Below are positions 63,643 to 64,000 of a stretch of DNA of 64,000 nt, in pieces. The translations under genes were made by a program, and so were the position numbers. The notes below the pieces were generated by a model. It was not told the DNA's origin. It did no database searches and saw only the letters and a list, made by a program, of their open reading frames with translations. This stretch comes from an uncultured Chloroflexia bacterium (GTDB lineage Bacteria > Chloroflexota > Limnocylindria > Limnocylindrales > CSP1-4): contig CAWEYL010000004.1 in the NCBI GenBank assembly GCA_963813335.1, positions 93,252 to 157,251 of the forward strand, written 5' to 3'. Positions within the stretch are counted from its first letter, which is position 1. Each line of letters starts with the position of its first letter.

Positions 63643-64000
63643 CAGCTTGGATCGCCGAGAACCCGCGGCTCCGTCCCCACCTCGGTCGGCGTCTCGAAGA
63701 ACTCACCAGCCTCGATGCCGCCGTCGCGACGGTACTCGTCCAGCGCCGATCGAGCGGATGCCCGGTCCTCGGCATCCTCATCAGCGACGACGTCTCGAAG
63801 CACGATGGCCAGGATCCCGAGGTGGCGGGCCGCGGACGCGAGTCCCGCGTCGTTGGTGCAAAGGCGATCGATCCCGTCACGCATCGCCGTGGCCAGGATC
63901 AGCGCATCGGGCATCCGGAGGTCGCTGGTCGCCCGGATGCGGGCGGCCTCGCGGGCGATCGCGTAGTCGACCTCGATGAGGTCCAGGTCGGCGAAGTGAC
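63642..64000 (-). CDS. PIN-domain (VapC-like) protein, 5' part outside window, with C-terminal extension
   Basis: IAREAARIRA…LRMPDALILATA…LCTND PIN C-terminal motifs. Confidence 0.8.
   Translation of the reverse strand, partial: HFADLDLIEVDYAIAREAARIRATSDLRMPDALILATAMRDGIDRLCTNDAGLASAARHLGILAIVLRDVVADEDAEDRASARSALDEYRRDGGIEAGEFFETPTEVGTEPRVLGDPS

Overview
Very GC-rich bacterial chromosomal segment. Gene content and style suggest a Chloroflexota (Limnocylindria/Ellin6529-like) genome; this is inference. It carries about 63 mostly housekeeping or accessory CDSs: Zn-uptake binding protein with Fur/Zur, PBP1A, a TM0106 nuclease-helicase, aceE, pncA, mtnP, F420 genes cofD/cofC/cofE with LLM/PPOX enzymes, a MoxR-DUF58-VWA operon, ettA and an AlkZ-like glycosylase. 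No CRISPR, tRNA, rRNA or transposase was seen. About 20 single-base frameshifts look like consensus artefacts in which both alleles of a SNP were written. The most interesting signals are non-coding or translational. (i) A two-copy inverted-repeat element whose four arms all read TATGCAC + exactly 31 variable nt + a 19-nt imperfect palindrome, plus a second element of similar design. (ii) Tiny 'relay' ORFs that bridge intergenic gaps by stop/start overlaps, in a genome dominated by leaderless promoters. (iii) A 6S-RNA-like rod at about 38.0-38.2 kb.
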